Shown: positions 9,141 to 17,662 of the stretch, in pieces
Layout of the letters: each line of letters begins with the position of its first letter
Position numbering within the stretch: the stretch's first letter is position 1
From: a virus
IMG/VR virus record: IMGVR_UViG_3300018080_000107
Direction: 5' to 3' (one strand)
DNA: 64,000 nucleotides
Translations under genes and position numbers: made by a program
Notes under the pieces: generated by a model
Databases searched by the model: none
The model's input: the letters and a program-made list of their open reading frames with translations, nothing else
Told to the model about the DNA's origin: nothing

Positions 9141-9177
9141 ACATTATTATTATACGTCTTCTATAGGGAGGGTTTGT

Positions 9178-9774
9178 TTACTTCATGCGACTTTCCCAAC
9201 CTCCATTTTGGTTTTTAACCTTTCCCTGTGAAATATTAGCTATTACTATGTCCATTTCCTTAATTCTCTCTTCGAGCACTTCAATACGCCGATTCGCAAC
9301 CTTTACGCTCTGGACTATTTCAGCAAGGTCGAAATTATTAATTACTGGCTGTCGAGATGCTTTGCTTTCAACTTCGCTTGCTACCTCTGCAACAGTGACC
9401 AGTAACTTATCCTGTTCTGTAACATCAGGAATATTACTCTCGATTCGTGCTTCTGCGAGTATTCGCTGTTTCTTTCTTTCCTCAAGCTTCTCATTGCTAT
9501 CGGCCTTTTGTTGTCGCCGCCTATCCAAATAACACGATCTACGCTTACAATACTTCTGGTTGCCACTATCTGGTGTAAACCAACATCCGCAAGATAAACA
9601 CTTTCGCGCATCTCCATCCTCAATGAATTTTGTCTTTGGCTTGCCCTTATTAAGTTTCTTTACCTCTGCGTTGCGTTTGCGCTGACAATCGATGTCACCA
9701 CATGTGATTTGATCACGACGCTTCTTAACAAATTCCCGATCACAATAAGGACACACTACCTTATCTTCTAACAT
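9178..9774 (-). CDS. double zinc-finger coiled-coil protein
   Basis: Two CxxC...CxxxxC units; start reassigned to MLEDK after AAGGAG. Confidence 0.65.
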   Translation of the reverse strand: MLEDKVVCPYCDREFVKKRRDQITCGDIDCQRKRNAEVKKLNKGKPKTKFIEDGDARKCLSCGCWFTPDSGNQKYCKRRSCYLDRRRQQKADSNEKLEERKKQRILAEARIESNIPDVTEQDKLLVTVAEVASEVESKASRQPVINNFDLAEIVQSVKVANRRIEVLEERIKEMDIVIANISQGKVKNQNGGWESRMK

Positions 9775-9860
9775 GACCACTCCTTCTTTTAAATAAACCT
9801 TACCTATAAGTAAACATGAGGGCCTTTTTTTACCCCCCCACTCTTTTCTCCTCATTCTTA

Positions 9861-9887
9861 TAGACGCTACATTTGTATAGTTATTAC
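9861..9887 (-). promoter_or_regulatory. class II promoter GTAAT-N16-CGTCTA
   Basis: One of 7 copies. Confidence 0.7.
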
Positions 9888-9995
9888 GTAATAATTTCAA
9901 AAAAATACATAAGTCTTTTATTCACCCCCACTTAACAATAGGGAGGGAATTAATATTTCGGTTTATTTTATGCCTGGTGGACCCCCCGCCCGTTC

Positions 9996-10970
9996 ATGAA
10001 AATCCGTTAATATTTTTCCAAAAACCCTACCGGGGTATCTGTCAAGAAACTTGACACCCCAAAATCACCCAGGAAATAATAGGTCGCCCGTTCTTTCCCT
10101 GTCTCTATTCTGTACATAGCCCTTACCTTATCTACTATTTGGACAATATCTAAGCAATCGAAAGTATATTATTTTTCTTTCATATTCACCCTCATTGGCA
10201 TGAAAACGCATTAATAATCATAATCATTAACAATCTTTCATAATAGGCTGATGTCAGGATTAAAATATATTCATAGCGCCGATTCGCCCAATCATTAAAA
10301 ATCGTTAATACTTCTCTCCCTGGCATGAAATTGCATTCATACTCTACATATAGCAAATATCTATTTAATTGACGAAAAAAGGGGATTTTATCTTTTTCTT
10401 GATACTTGCCAAATAGGCAATGTGCCCCATTCTTACCTGGCCCACTACCCTATTTCTACCCTATGCCAAATAGGCAATCGCGGGAAAAGATTAAAAACCT
10501 TTCATATCCTGCCATAGTGACATATGCCCTAAACATTAACGCCCATTCATTTTGCGCCATTCTGGCAGGTAGGTAAAAATGCCCTATAGGAATTTTTTGA
10601 GTATGGAAAAATGCCATAGTGTGGCCCACAGTAGAAACCCGGAATTATTAACGTTCCTTAATATTTCTATACCTTGCTATACTGTATAGGTATATCTTAC
10701 ATGGGGGATTCTTACATATATGGAATAATGGGAAAGGTTTATTCTCTTTTGTCGTAAGGCTTTACGACGATATGAGGGATTTTCTATTAGACGCCCTATA
10801 AGGCACCATCAACGGCTTTCATGGTCGATATATGCTTAGGTATTCGCCCTATAGTGATTTGCTCTTGTGTGCTATCTCACGGCTTGCTATTTTGCTTAGT
10901 ACCGAAAATGTACCATGATTAGACAGTTTTTAGATTCTCCCCGGAAGTAATAAGATGAATACCCTTTAAT
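9996..10970. repeat. non-coding region with 10 copies of palindrome ATKAA-N6-TTMAT
   Basis: Copies start at 9996, 10200, 10226, 10259, 10294, 10325, 10490, 10535, 10647 and 10955. Confidence 0.85.
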
Positions 10971-11023
10971 GTGATGTCAAGAAAGTAGACAGTTTATATT
11001 TATAAAGTATTGCGCCCAAAAGA

Positions 11024-11554
11024 TTAAGGAAAGTTAATATTGCCCTTTCTTGCCCTTCTACTATTACAAGATTTACATATAATCCTTACGTTACTTAGTT
11101 CATAATGTCCTTTACTATCTATTCGGTCTATAGTTGGTTTATCAGTTTTTGAATCCCGCATCATAGGCTTTCCGCATATAGGGCAATCATGAATATTCTT
11201 TAACAATCCTTCTATATCCGATAATGAAAGAAGGTTAATAATACCCTTTGCGCCATAATACCTATATGATTTATGGGTTTTATCATAACACCTTCTATTA
11301 ATATCCTTTAATATAAACTTTGCCCTATTAGCCTTCATGTATTGTTTGTAATATTTAGGATTTTTATTCTTATTCTGTCTACTGTAATTAATGCGTGATT
11401 CTCTATTCCGCTCATAATAGGCTTTTTGCCATTCTTTCCTTTTGTCTTGATTCTTTACATAGTGTGCCCTTTGTGTGCATTTATCACTACAATATTTCCT
11501 TTGCTTTCCCGTCAATTCTTGCCCACAAACTATACACTTTTTCCCATTGCCCAT
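11024..11554 (-). CDS. HNH-like endonuclease with N-terminal zinc finger
   Basis: CPICG...TIDRIDSKGHYELSNVRIICKSCN; start reassigned to MGNGKK. Confidence 0.75.
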   Translation of the reverse strand: MGNGKKCIVCGQELTGKQRKYCSDKCTQRAHYVKNQDKRKEWQKAYYERNRESRINYSRQNKNKNPKYYKQYMKANRAKFILKDINRRCYDKTHKSYRYYGAKGIINLLSLSDIEGLLKNIHDCPICGKPMMRDSKTDKPTIDRIDSKGHYELSNVRIICKSCNSRRARKGNINFP

Positions 11555-11664
11555 TATTAAAATTCCTTCATAATTAATACCAGAAATAGACACATCCTCT
11601 ATATTACTAGACTATCATTTTAGCCCATCTTTACATTAAAAGACTTTCATAATTCTAAGCCTAC

Positions 11665-11691
11665 AAAAAAAGCCTACCAAAAAGGTAGGCT
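11665..11691 (-). terminator. intrinsic terminator
   Basis: AGCCTACC/GGTAGGCT hairpin with U-tract on minus strand. Confidence 0.7.
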
Positions 11692-11713
11692 ATATAGGAA
11701 ATGAAACGAAGAT

Positions 11714-12043
11714 TTAACAATCGGTAAACTCAGGAATAGCACCTAGAACTTGATAGATTAATGCGTGTTTATACATCGATGTATTTTCGGCAAGGCTATA
11801 TCCTTTGTATCCGTTCTTTCTAGCATTGCGCAACATCACATAGTACAGAAAATCGAAAACTTGCAGCGGGACATTGTTTAGATGTTCGTCAACCTTGAAA
11901 CGTTCCCGCAAATCGTCAACGCCCGATAATCCAAACATCGATAAATCGTCAGGATTCAGACAAACGCCCATCTTTTTGACAAGATTTCTGTATTTTTCGT
12001 AATGCTCTTTTGTCGTCTTTTTTGTCAATTGTGTAGTCATCAT
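11714..12043 (-). CDS. hypothetical protein
   Basis: ORF with GAAAGG RBS inside the 16-bp box. Confidence 0.7.
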   Translation of the reverse strand: MMTTQLTKKTTKEHYEKYRNLVKKMGVCLNPDDLSMFGLSGVDDLRERFKVDEHLNNVPLQVFDFLYYVMLRNARKNGYKGYSLAENTSMYKHALIYQVLGAIPEFTDC

Positions 12044-12055
12044 ATTAACGCCCTT

Positions 12056-12289
12056 TCATTCTGAAAAATCGTATTCATAAAGACTTTTCATAACTTCATA
12101 AACTGTATCGAAAGTAACACTATAGCCATCAAACTTGCTATCGCCATAATAGCGCAAGAAAGTATCAACGGCTTCCGATAGGCTATCGGCTTGCCTGATA
12201 CAATCTAAGGCAAAATGGTATAGTTCATAATCGTTATTTATCCAAAGGCTTATAGCCCAATGATGACGGGTTTGATGTCCGTTATACAT
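12056..12289 (-). CDS. hypothetical phage protein
   Basis: YNG...HWAISLWINNDYELY phage-type motif. Confidence 0.7.
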   Translation of the reverse strand: MYNGHQTRHHWAISLWINNDYELYHFALDCIRQADSLSEAVDTFLRYYGDSKFDGYSVTFDTVYEVMKSLYEYDFSE

Positions 12290-12304
12290 AGTTCAACCTT
12301 TCAT

Positions 12305-12460
12305 TTACTGATTATTTGCGATTCTTTCGGCTTCCGTAACCAGATGTGCATTTTCGCCCATTTTGGCCAATTCGGCCATTCTTTCGGCTTTCGTCGCGCC
12401 AAAATTCACAAGGCGATAGGCTTCCGCGAAAAATTCGATTCTTTCATTTTCGTTCATCAT
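12305..12460 (-). CDS. hypothetical protein
   Basis: Start reassigned to MMNENE after GAAAGG. Confidence 0.55.
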   Translation of the reverse strand: MMNENERIEFFAEAYRLVNFGATKAERMAELAKMGENAHLVTEAERIANNQ

Positions 12461-12473
12461 TTTCCCCTTTCGA

Positions 12474-12569
12474 TTAAAAAGAAAAGGCTTCAAGCATACT
12501 GAAACCGACATAAGCAAAGTAAACGGCTTTGATTGTCAAGATGATGCAAACGGCTTTAAACTTACTCAT
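12474..12569 (-). CDS. 31-aa hydrophobic peptide, copy A
   Basis: MSKFKAVCIILTIKAVYFAYVGFSMLEAFSF; GAAAGG RBS; class I promoter upstream. Confidence 0.7.
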   Translation of the reverse strand: MSKFKAVCIILTIKAVYFAYVGFSMLEAFSF

Positions 12570-12604
12570 TGTTTTTTACCTTTCGTTTTTATTGCCCTCT
12601 ATAG

Positions 12605-12622
12605 GTAGCCTTGAAAACAAGG
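12605..12622 (-). promoter_or_regulatory. class I promoter motif CCTTGTWTNNAGGCTAC (representative copy)
   Basis: Minus-strand copies also at 13477, 14559, 15609, 15905, 16700, 17636, 18232, 18755, 19292, 19846, 20728, 21226, 25049, 26389, 26945, 28242, 30003, 30830, 32090, 32414 and 33314; plus-strand copies at 16043, 21277, 33372, 35709, 37559 and 42394. Confidence 0.85.
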
Positions 12623-12659
12623 CATATACAGATTAAAATCAATTAATCTTTTTTGCTTC

Positions 12660-12755
12660 CTAAAAATCGAAGGCTTCAATCATACTGATGGCCACATAAC
12701 CGAAATAGATAGCCTTGATAGTCAAGATGGCGATGACGGCTTTAAACTTACTCAT
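12660..12755 (-). CDS. 31-aa hydrophobic peptide, copy B
   Basis: MSKFKAVIAILTIKAIYFGYVAISMIEAFDF; 23/31 identical to copy A. Confidence 0.7.
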   Translation of the reverse strand: MSKFKAVIAILTIKAIYFGYVAISMIEAFDF

Positions 12756-12800
12756 TTTGTTACCTTTCGTTTTTCGGCTTGTTTGTTACTCGACTATCTA

Positions 12801-12828
12801 AGTATACGATGGTATGCAGGATGCGCAA
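12801..12828 (-). promoter_or_regulatory. host sigma70-type promoter
   Basis: TTGCGC-N16-TATACT followed by leader TAGATAGTCGAGTAACAA shared with the 13939 promoter. Confidence 0.6.
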
Positions 12829-12870
12829 GGTTTATTTTCCCCGATTCTCGGTTTTTCCTAAACCCTTTAT

Positions 12871-13446
12871 TTATACAATCTTATCGGATTTTCGCCGATT
12901 ACATTTTGCACAAAGTAATTGAACGTTTTCGGGATTGTCGTTTCCACCTTTGCTATACGGTAAGATGTGGTCATATTGTAGGCTTTCATTTGTGCCACAT
13001 TTTACACATCGACCATTAGAACGGACAAAAGCTATTTTTTTAGACAATTCCGGGATTTCTCGCCTATCCTCTTGTGTTTTATGATTAAATGAACGATGAT
13101 TAATATTTAGCCATTCTATAGCTTCTTGCAATTCTGTTTTATCGGTTTCAGGTTTTATCGATTGTCTGATTTCCCTTAATACCCTTTCGGATTCCTCTTG
13201 TGTCTCATAAATTAAACCATCTTCATTTTTCGGCCTTTCGGCTTTTTCCTTGTCTTTATCGTATGCAAGGGAAACAAGGATAGATGTCAGTATTCCCCAC
13301 AATAACCAAAACATCAGATGTGATATATCAAAGCATACTGATGCAAACCCAACCCAAAAGATAGATATTAAACCGAACCATAGAAAACGCCATGCAAGCT
13401 TTACGGCTTGCCCTATAGCCTTGATAGTATTAATAGTGTTTTCCAT
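12871..13446 (-). CDS. membrane-anchored HNH endonuclease
   Basis: Two N-terminal TMs; CVKCG...QYDHILPYSKGG...NVQLLCAKCNRRKS. Confidence 0.85.
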   Translation of the reverse strand: MENTINTIKAIGQAVKLAWRFLWFGLISIFWVGFASVCFDISHLMFWLLWGILTSILVSLAYDKDKEKAERPKNEDGLIYETQEESERVLREIRQSIKPETDKTELQEAIEWLNINHRSFNHKTQEDRREIPELSKKIAFVRSNGRCVKCGTNESLQYDHILPYSKGGNDNPENVQLLCAKCNRRKSDKIV

Positions 13447-13537
13447 TTTTTGCCTTTCGTTTTTACCCTTCTATTAATACCCTTCAAAACAAGGCTATAC
13501 AGATGAAAACTTATTAATCTTTCTCGGCTTGCCCATA

Positions 13538-13566
13538 GGGGAAAGGCTTAGCGCCCTTCCCCCTTT
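13538..13566. terminator. putative terminator hairpin
   Basis: GGGGAAAGG/CCCTTCCCC inverted repeat downstream of 13576..13893. Confidence 0.5.
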
Positions 13567-13575
13567 GCCCTTGTT

Positions 13576-13893
13576 TTAGCTTGCAACCTTGCCAATGCTT
13601 GCCCTTGCCCTTTTAAGGCTATCCGAAACGGCTTGTTGTGTTGTATTCAAGGCTTCCGCGATAGCCTTCTGATTCAATCCTTCCCGATAGTACAATTGAA
13701 CGATGGTTTTTTGCTTTTCGGTAAGGGTATCGGAATAGTCCAGAATGATGGCCGTTTCAATCCTTCCCGTCATCAATTTCCTGATGTCTTCATCGTCTAC
13801 CCTTCCCGATTCCATCGACGGGATAAGGCTTTCGACGGCTTCACAAAGGCTTTTGCAATTGTTTCTCTTTTCGCATGTTTCACAGTTAGTCAT
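13576..13893 (-). CDS. sigma70 region-4 HTH protein with N-terminal Cys cluster
   Basis: LTEKQKTIVQLYYREGLNQKAIAEALNTTQQAVSDSLKRA; CETC...C...C. Confidence 0.8.
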   Translation of the reverse strand: MTNCETCEKRNNCKSLCEAVESLIPSMESGRVDDEDIRKLMTGRIETAIILDYSDTLTEKQKTIVQLYYREGLNQKAIAEALNTTQQAVSDSLKRARASIGKVAS

Positions 13894-13938
13894 GATTCGC
13901 CCTTTCGTTTTTGTTTCGGCTTGTTACTCGACTATCTA

Positions 13939-13967
13939 ATACTACGATGCTATGCTCATATCGTCAA
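13939..13967 (-). promoter_or_regulatory. host sigma70-type promoter
   Basis: TTGACG-N17-TAGTAT upstream of the HTH gene. Confidence 0.65.
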
Positions 13968-14001
13968 GGAAGATTAAAGACTTTTAATAATTGCCCTTTC
14001 C

Positions 14002-14517
14002 CTATGCTGGCGCATAGGTATAATCGGGAGAAAAATCGATACAGTAAACGGCTTTGATTTCCCCATCATTGTCAACGTCAAGGGTAATGTTTCCCCCGTG
14101 TCTATCGCCGATGTCGATTCCTACGGCGTCCATCTTTTCCTGGCAGTATCGGGAAAGATTAAAACCCTTAAATCTAACGTCCATACTAGAAATGCCCTTA
14201 TCATAGCAATAATCGGTAAGTGTAGTATTGCCACAATGTGACATCACGATGCCGAACCTTTCCACGTTTTCGCCGGAAACCTTTACGATAACCTTAAAAA
14301 CGCCAATAGGTTTAGGGGAAACGCCCGATGGTTCTGCTTGTTTCAAAAGCTTATATTCGGCCATTGCTTCACAGTATGCAGCGGAAAGGGTTTTCTGTTT
14401 CAATACCTTGACGCCAATAGAATCAGTAAGCTTGAAATACATAGAATAAAGACCACTACCCATCATCGGCTTATGAGTAACAATAAATTCGGCTTTCATG
14501 TTTTCGTAATTAGTCAT
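14002..14517 (-). CDS. minimal protein kinase-like protein, paralog 1
   Basis: GSGLYS loop, GVKV, helix-C Glu, DRHGGN catalytic loop, IDF. Confidence 0.75.
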   Translation of the reverse strand: MTNYENMKAEFIVTHKPMMGSGLYSMYFKLTDSIGVKVLKQKTLSAAYCEAMAEYKLLKQAEPSGVSPKPIGVFKVIVKVSGENVERFGIVMSHCGNTTLTDYCYDKGISSMDVRFKGFNLSRYCQEKMDAVGIDIGDRHGGNITLDVDNDGEIKAVYCIDFSPDYTYAPA

Positions 14518-14858
14518 GATTCAACCTTTCGTTATTGTTTTTGTTTCGCCCTTCATAGGTAGCCTTGAATACAAGGCTATACAGAAAATTAAATCGTTTT
14601 AATATTTCTCTCATATCACGCATCTATATATAATAGTATAGGCTTTTCCCCTATGCAAATATCGTTCCCGACACCATCCGATTGTCCAAATAATAGACAA
14701 AAAAACCTGAAATAATAGCTTTCTCTGTGAAGCCTTCTAAGCCGTTTTAACGGCTTTAAGCCTTTATATGTATATCTACCCTCATTTGTCGCGCATCGAC
14801 GTTATCCGTCTAAACCCTTACTATATATAGACTTATGACGACGTATTTTGAAAACCCG

Positions 14859-14874
14859 TGCAAGAATCGTGCCA
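14859..14874 (-). promoter_or_regulatory. sigma54 (-24/-12) promoter consensus
   Basis: TGGCACGATTCTTGCA, a perfect match. Confidence 0.6.
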
Positions 14875-14885
14875 GACGCCCTTTT

Positions 14886-15013
14886 ATTAAACCTTTTTAA
14901 TATTTCAAGCCGATTTATTAAATTGCTTTCATTTTCAATCTATACTATTGCTATAGACTTTTTTATTAAATTGCCTTCATAATTGTAGACTTGGATTATT
15001 AAGATTCTTTCAT
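14886..15013. repeat. four ATKAA-N6-TTMAT boxes
   Basis: Copies at 14886, 14917, 14965 and 14998. Confidence 0.85.
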
Positions 15014-15028
15014 AATTCGGACACCATC

Positions 15029-15056
15029 AAAAAAAGCCTACCGAATAGATAGGCTT
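15029..15056 (-). terminator. intrinsic terminator
   Basis: AAAGCCTA/TAGGCTTT hairpin, similar to the 11665 terminator. Confidence 0.65.
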
Positions 15057-15100
15057 TGTAGTTAATTAGTTTTCTACTATTACTGATTTTTAATCATTGC

Positions 15101-15116
15101 TGGAACGGTTTTTGCT
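15101..15116 (+). promoter_or_regulatory. sigma54-like promoter
   Basis: TGGAACGGTTTTTGCT (GG-N10-GC). Confidence 0.45.
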
Positions 15117-15148
15117 ACCCCATAGGCTTTCCCCTTTATGAAAATTGT

Positions 15149-15427
15149 TTAACTTACTAATTCAAGCCTTTCAGATTCTTCATTGTAATCGATTCCCAAT
15201 ATGCGCATAATATCGCATGATACATCTAGGTCACTACCCAAAACATCGATGCCGTATTTATCGCCATCTAACGGCCAAGCCGTAACATCGATGGTTACAC
15301 AAGGAAAAGGATAGATAGCCTTCATTTTGTAGGCTTCAAGGCGATACTTTCGCCCTTCATACTCGAAAACCTTGCCATTAACAGATAGAAAAACTTCATT
15401 GTAATCGGAAAGAAGATTAAAAGACAT
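15149..15427 (-). CDS. hypothetical protein
   Basis: Start and stop both overlap 16-bp boxes. Confidence 0.7.
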   Translation of the reverse strand: MSFNLLSDYNEVFLSVNGKVFEYEGRKYRLEAYKMKAIYPFPCVTIDVTAWPLDGDKYGIDVLGSDLDVSCDIMRILGIDYNEESERLELVS

Positions 15428-15442
15428 TAATTTTACCTTTCG

Positions 15443-15577
15443 TTACTGCCAAGTTTTGATGGCGTTTCTGTTGTTTTCTTTTCGTCCGATATCGGATACT
15501 TTAGCAAAGCCGATTCGGATACCTTCCGCCACTATAGCAAAGGTAAACAGGATACCGATAGTTGCAAATATTGTCAT
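15443..15577 (-). CDS. 44-aa membrane peptide
   Basis: MTIFATIGILFTFAIVAEG...KTWQ; GAAAGG RBS; class I promoter. Confidence 0.6.
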   Translation of the reverse strand: MTIFATIGILFTFAIVAEGIRIGFAKVSDIGRKENNRNAIKTWQ

Positions 15578-15645
15578 GATTCAGCCTTTCAGTTATCGCC
15601 CTCTATAGATAGCCTTCAATACAAGGCGATACAGATGAAAAAGCT

Positions 15646-15873
15646 TTAATATTTCATGATTCCAGTAAAAAGCCTTTGTCCAATAAGATGACAATCTTCG
15701 GGCAATGGCGTAAACGTCCAATTAGCGCCAGGAAGCCGAAAAGCTTGCCCATCGATGTATGCTGTACAATGCTTTGTAGTAAGCTTTATTTGTCCTTCCC
15801 TGCCCATTGCGCCATCATTCTTGGCCGTTACTACCCTTCCGATTATCGCATCGATTCTTACGGTTTTAAGCAT
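15646..15873 (-). CDS. hypothetical protein
   Basis: Own class I promoter and RBS. Confidence 0.65.
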   Translation of the reverse strand: MLKTVRIDAIIGRVVTAKNDGAMGREGQIKLTTKHCTAYIDGQAFRLPGANWTFTPLPEDCHLIGQRLFTGIMKY

Positions 15874-16196
15874 TATTTAGCCTTTCAGTTATCGCCCTTC
15901 ATTGTAAGCCTTCAATACAAGGCGATACAGATGAAAATGGTTTAATCTTTCTATGTTTTGCCCTTCTAATATAGATAGTATAGAAGCCTATTCAAATGGT
16001 ATGCCAGATTTTCAATTATGAAAGAAATTTAATCTGCATAGGCTTTGTTTTCAAGGTTACTGATGACGGGAAAAAATAAAGGGTAAAAAAAGGTAGTTTG
16101 AAAAAGAAACATGTAAAATTTCCCTATGGGTAAAAAATCCCTATATGGAAAAATAGGTCGGTAAGAAATACCTGTTTGAAATCCATACATGGGAAA

Positions 16197-16385
16197 ATGA
16201 AGATTCTTTAATGATTAAGATTCTTTCATTATGAATAGATTTTAATGTGAAAGGATTTTCATGAAAAAAAGTTAATGAAGAAATTTTCATGAAAGAAATT
16301 TCATGAAGGGATTTTAATCCTTAGAGCAGAAAAAAACCGGCGTCGGAGTCATTTTCCTTAGAGCCGGTTAATATTGGCGTCGGAG
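16197..16385. repeat. tandem array of 8 ATKAA-N6-TTMAT boxes plus two AGAGC-N11-GGCGTCGGAG motifs
   Basis: Boxes at 16197, 16214, 16231, 16247 (GTGAA variant), 16261, 16275, 16289 and 16303; bipartite motifs at 16323 and 16360. Confidence 0.85.
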
Positions 16386-16466
16386 TCATTTTTTGATTCC
16401 GGCGTTTTTTTGTTTAGCAAGTAGGGGAACGGCTTTTCAGCCGCCCCCCTCAAACCTGGAGAGTTT

Positions 16467-16655
16467 TCAAATTTTCACAATATAAAGGTCGTTTCCGTTC
16501 TTTTGAATCCTAAAGCCATTCTGGCTTGCGAATGCCCGATGTGCTGGCGACACGTCAAAGAACCTTGAAAGCTTCTCGAAACGCTTGCTGCCTATCTTGT
16601 CCATTGCTTCCGTCAATGCGTCCATTACATTACTCGTCAGTTCTGAAGTCAACAT
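16467..16655 (-). CDS. hypothetical protein
   Basis: Start reassigned to MLTSE after GAAAGG. Confidence 0.6.
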   Translation of the reverse strand: MLTSELTSNVMDALTEAMDKIGSKRFEKLSRFFDVSPAHRAFASQNGFRIQKNGNDLYIVKI

Positions 16656-16744
16656 TGCTTTGCCTTTCTGTTTTAGGTTTTTACTTTCGTCTCTCATAAG
16701 TAGCCTTCTATACAAGGTCTGAATTATTAATCTTCTTTAATCTA

Positions 16745-17173
16745 TCAACACTTTTCCAAAAGTGAATCTTCTTTCATCTTTCGGATTTTCGCCTTATACT
16801 TTCGTGTTGCCTTGCGAACCTTTTGCCGCCCCTTATCGGTCTTATGATAGTCCCTAACGGCTTTTCGTTGCCTATCCGCACCACAAGCCTTACAATACTT
16901 CTTTCGTCCGTCACGCGCCCACATAGGCTCCCCACATTGCAAACAATCCTTGATGACGCCCCCTCTTTTCCTTTGCACCATCAAAACCTCTACAATGCCC
17001 CGTAAAGCCTTTAGACGCTCAATAGGTCTTAGGGTACACGCACGCCACGCATCAAGCTCATGCGTTCTTGTATAGGCGCTACAGGCAAGCTTAGGTCGTG
17101 CTTCGATATCGATACCAAAAAGTAGCCCATTTTTTTGTGCCGTTACTCCACCGTTCAATTTAACAGTCTTCAT
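16745..17173 (-). CDS. zinc-finger basic protein
   Basis: CLQCG...YCKAC and basic tail. Confidence 0.65.
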   Translation of the reverse strand: MKTVKLNGGVTAQKNGLLFGIDIEARPKLACSAYTRTHELDAWRACTLRPIERLKALRGIVEVLMVQRKRGGVIKDCLQCGEPMWARDGRKKYCKACGADRQRKAVRDYHKTDKGRQKVRKATRKYKAKIRKMKEDSLLEKC

Positions 17174-17234
17174 CTTTATAAACCTCTTTTTTGTTGTCAG
17201 GAAAATTATTAACCGCCATTAATGTGAACGCTTG

Positions 17235-17408
17235 TTAATCGTCGGCAAGCTTAACCAGTATAGCCGTCCAAATAATCGCCCAAGGAATTGACACCGCAAA
17301 CATTGCAAGCCGTTGCCAAAAGGTGTCTGGCTCAAGCAAAAGCCAAGGTGCCATGATTCCACCGATAAGCAAACACAAAAAGATAATCACTCTAAGCAAA
17401 TCAGACAT
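17235..17408 (-). CDS. 57-aa two-TM membrane protein, paralog of 25445..25735
   Basis: MSDLLRVIIF...PWLLLEPDTFWQRLA...; bracketed by boxes. Confidence 0.65.
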   Translation of the reverse strand: MSDLLRVIIFLCLLIGGIMAPWLLLEPDTFWQRLAMFAVSIPWAIIWTAILVKLADD

Positions 17409-17422
17409 TTTATTAATCCTTA

Positions 17423-17599
17423 TTAATTTTTCTTTTCAACCTTGTACCAAGCCAACTGAATGCCGCCCGTCTTAGTACAATAGCGGACTTCATCAGCACT
17501 CTTAAGCTTATTGGTTATAGTTCTACTGTCAACAATCTTGATGGCTTCCGCAAGCACTTCCTCAGCGAATGCTTTCACTTTCAGTTCTTTTTTAGTCAT
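17423..17599 (-). CDS. 58-aa hypothetical protein
   Basis: MTKKELKVKAFAEE...; class I promoter upstream. Confidence 0.6.
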   Translation of the reverse strand: MTKKELKVKAFAEEVLAEAIKIVDSRTITNKLKSADEVRYCTKTGGIQLAWYKVEKKN

Positions 17600-17662
17600 G
17601 ATGTTTCCTTTGTTAAAGTTTTTTGCTCTCTATAAGTAACCTCAAATACAAGGCCATATAGA

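Noticed and set aside
10321-10335. TGGCATGAAATTGCA as a sigma54 promoter
   Set aside because: GG-to-GC spacing is one base short, and the sequence is explained by an overlapping 16-bp box.
10200-10340. Regularly spaced repeats as a CRISPR mini-array
   Set aside because: Repeats are only 10 conserved bases with a variable core, gaps are 10-19 bp and irregular, and no cas genes are in the window.
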